The notes under the pieces are model-generated. The model was not told where the DNA came from, did not search any database, and saw only the letters and a list, made by a program, of their open reading frames with translations. A DNA stretch of 27,326 nt from a virus. Taxonomy: Duplodnaviria; Caudoviricetes. Every line of letters begins with the position of its first letter. Within the stretch, counting starts at the first letter, position 1. The translations under genes were made by a program, and so were the position numbers. The stretch spans positions 1 to 27,326 of the IMG/VR virus record IMGVR_UViG_3300043395_003775. One strand, 5' to 3'. Below are positions 25,679 through 27,326 of the stretch, one piece after another.

Positions 25679-27319
25679 ATGCAAGAAAACAAAAATTTAG
25701 TTGAAGAGGCGCTCATTCAAATGAAAAATGTTGAAGAGGCTATCGCCGAAAATGCAAAAGGAATACTTGCTTCTACTATGAAGGAAGAAATCAATCAATT
25801 AGTAAAAGAATCTCTTTCTGAACAAGATGACGAAACCGAGGTTGATGCAGAGATGGATATAGACATGGACGACGAAGAGTCTGATATGGATATGGACATC
25901 GATAATGATGATGAAATGGACATGGAAATAGACATGGACATGGATTCAGAAGAATCTCCAATAGATTTAACTGACGCTTCCGACGAGGAAATTCTAAAAG
26001 TGTTTAAAGCTATGGGTGAAGAAGATGGTATCATCGTAAAAAAAGACGGTGAAGACATTCATCTATCCGATACTAATGCAGACACAGAATACCTTGTAAA
26101 GCTTGGTGAGTCTGAAGAAGACAAAAATTTAGAAGAAATGGAAATGGAAGAAATGGACGACATGGATACACAAAGTGTAATCGATGCAATTTTTTCAAAT
26201 GATGGTAACATCGAAGACGACCAAGAAATGGAAGACGACGAAGAAGTTATGTACGAAATCGAATTCGAAGATGATGACGATGATGAAGACATGATGGACG
26301 AATCTGACGACATGCTAGATGAAGAAGATGACGAAGACCAAATGGACGAGTCTGACGACATGCTAGATGAAGAAGATGATGAAGACATGATGGACGAATC
26401 TGACGACATGTTAGATGAAGAAGATGACGAAGACATGGACGATGAAGACTCATTGGATGAAGCATACAACCACAAAAAGGCAAAAAAATCTGAAACAAAG
26501 GAGAGTAAAATGTCTGTTAAACCTAAAGGTGTTGGAATTGGTAGCGGTCCTAAATTTTCATATAAGGACAAAGCGGCTGGTGGATTCAAAGAGGACAAAA
26601 AAGAAGGTCCAAAAATGATGGGAACTGGTAAAGCTAAATTCGAATACAAGAAGGGTGCAAATATGGAAGGAAAATCAAAAGTTGTTAAAGCAGAAACTAA
26701 AGAAGGTTGGGGTTCAAAAAAAGATGAATTCAAACGTAAAAAAGTTGATGGTGTAGAAAAGAAAGCTGGCACAAAAGATGGTCACTTCAAAGACTACGAA
26801 AAATCAGAAACTAAAGAAGCTGCAAGAACTTTTGGAAATGGTTCAAAAGAAGGTAGAGGTCTAAGAAAAGGCATCTCTAACAACCGTAAATATGTTTATG
26901 GTAAAAATGGTGTTAAGGTAGAATCTACAGAAGCTGAAGTAACAATGTTAAGAGAGAAAAACGAAGAATACAGAAAAGCACTTAATGTTTTCAGAGAAAA
27001 ACTGAATGAAGTTGCAATCTTCAATTCCAACTTGGCATATGCTACAAGATTGTTCACTGAACATTCAACAACTAAAAAAGAGAAAATTAATATCCTTAGA
27101 AGATTTGACGATGTTGAATCTTTGAAAGAATCTAAATCTCTTTATAAGTCAATAAAAGATGAGTTGGCTAAGACTGAAACAAAGTCTATCAACGAATCAG
27201 TTGAAAAGAAAATCAACAATACTGTATCATCAGGTTCGGCTGTAAACTTAATTGAATCAAAAACATACGAAAATCCTCAATTCTTAAGAATGAAAGACTT
27301 AATGTCTAAGTTGGGGTAA
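25679..27319 (+). CDS. prohead scaffold/core-like protein, highly acidic
   Basis: Located after the prohead protease; D/E/M-rich middle, K/G-rich segment and coiled-coil C-terminus (LNEVAIFNSNLAY). Confidence 0.75.
   Translation: MQENKNLVEEALIQMKNVEEAIAENAKGILASTMKEEINQLVKESLSEQDDETEVDAEMDIDMDDEESDMDMDIDNDDEMDMEIDMDMDSEESPIDLTDASDEEILKVFKAMGEEDGIIVKKDGEDIHLSDTNADTEYLVKLGESEEDKNLEEMEMEEMDDMDTQSVIDAIFSNDGNIEDDQEMEDDEEVMYEIEFEDDDDDEDMMDESDDMLDEEDDEDQMDESDDMLDEEDDEDMMDESDDMLDEEDDEDMDDEDSLDEAYNHKKAKKSETKESKMSVKPKGVGIGSGPKFSYKDKAAGGFKEDKKEGPKMMGTGKAKFEYKKGANMEGKSKVVKAETKEGWGSKKDEFKRKKVDGVEKKAGTKDGHFKDYEKSETKEAARTFGNGSKEGRGLRKGISNNRKYVYGKNGVKVESTEAEVTMLREKNEEYRKALNVFREKLNEVAIFNSNLAYATRLFTEHSTTKKEKINILRRFDDVESLKESKSLYKSIKDELAKTETKSINESVEKKINNTVSSGSAVNLIESKTYENPQFLRMKDLMSKLG
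26282..26440 (+). repeat. 48-bp tandem repeat, about 3.3 copies (MDESDDMLDEEDDEDM)
   Basis: ATGGACGA(A/G)TCTGACGACATG at 26294, 26342 and 26390. Confidence 0.9.
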
Positions 27320-27326
27320 AAAAAAA

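Noticed and set aside
26282-26440. CRISPR-like repeat array
   Set aside because: Contiguous in-frame 48-bp repeats with no unique spacers inside a CDS, and no cas genes
25795-26772. Long antisense ORFs (87, 237 and 83 aa; likewise 15628-16167, 14531-14854, 22439-22873)
   Set aside because: Ser- or Val/Gly-rich shadows of low-complexity sense-strand codons
1-27326. Stop-codon reassignment as in some jumbo phages
   Set aside because: Conserved genes are full length and densely packed in the standard code, and TAA, TGA and TAG all end ORFs

Overview
This AT-rich window is part of a large T4-like jumbo/huge phage genome read in the standard genetic code. The host is most likely a Bacteroidota, inferred from host-type TTTG-N20-TAnnTTTG promoters, SD-less A-rich starts, a Bacteroidia-type bS21, a DUF4494-like gene and an Oar-like TonB-dependent receptor. 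The right half (about 14.3-27.3 kb) is the head-morphogenesis module: acidic/Pro-rich proteins, terminase large subunit, gp20-like portal, gp21-like prohead protease and an acidic scaffold-like protein, with ribosomal protein bS21 inserted on the opposite strand. The left half is accessory: a sulfotransferase, a methyltransferase, a DMT-like membrane protein, a full-length 1095-aa TonB-dependent receptor and a 393-nt tmRNA that the ORF track misses, with an unusually long tag (GNTFAKMAAIGLIAEEATVVA**). It also carries a proteostasis cluster (ClpC without its N-domain, Hsp20, an M28-like peptidase, a HExxH protein), a KTSC protein and a Pol-beta-type nucleotidyltransferase. Three promoter classes are visible: a phage motif TATTTAT(A) in about 14 intergenic copies, host sigma70-type promoters (several apparently leaderless), and a sigma54-like promoter with paired palindromes upstream of Hsp20. 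All family assignments come from motif recognition by eye; no database search was run.
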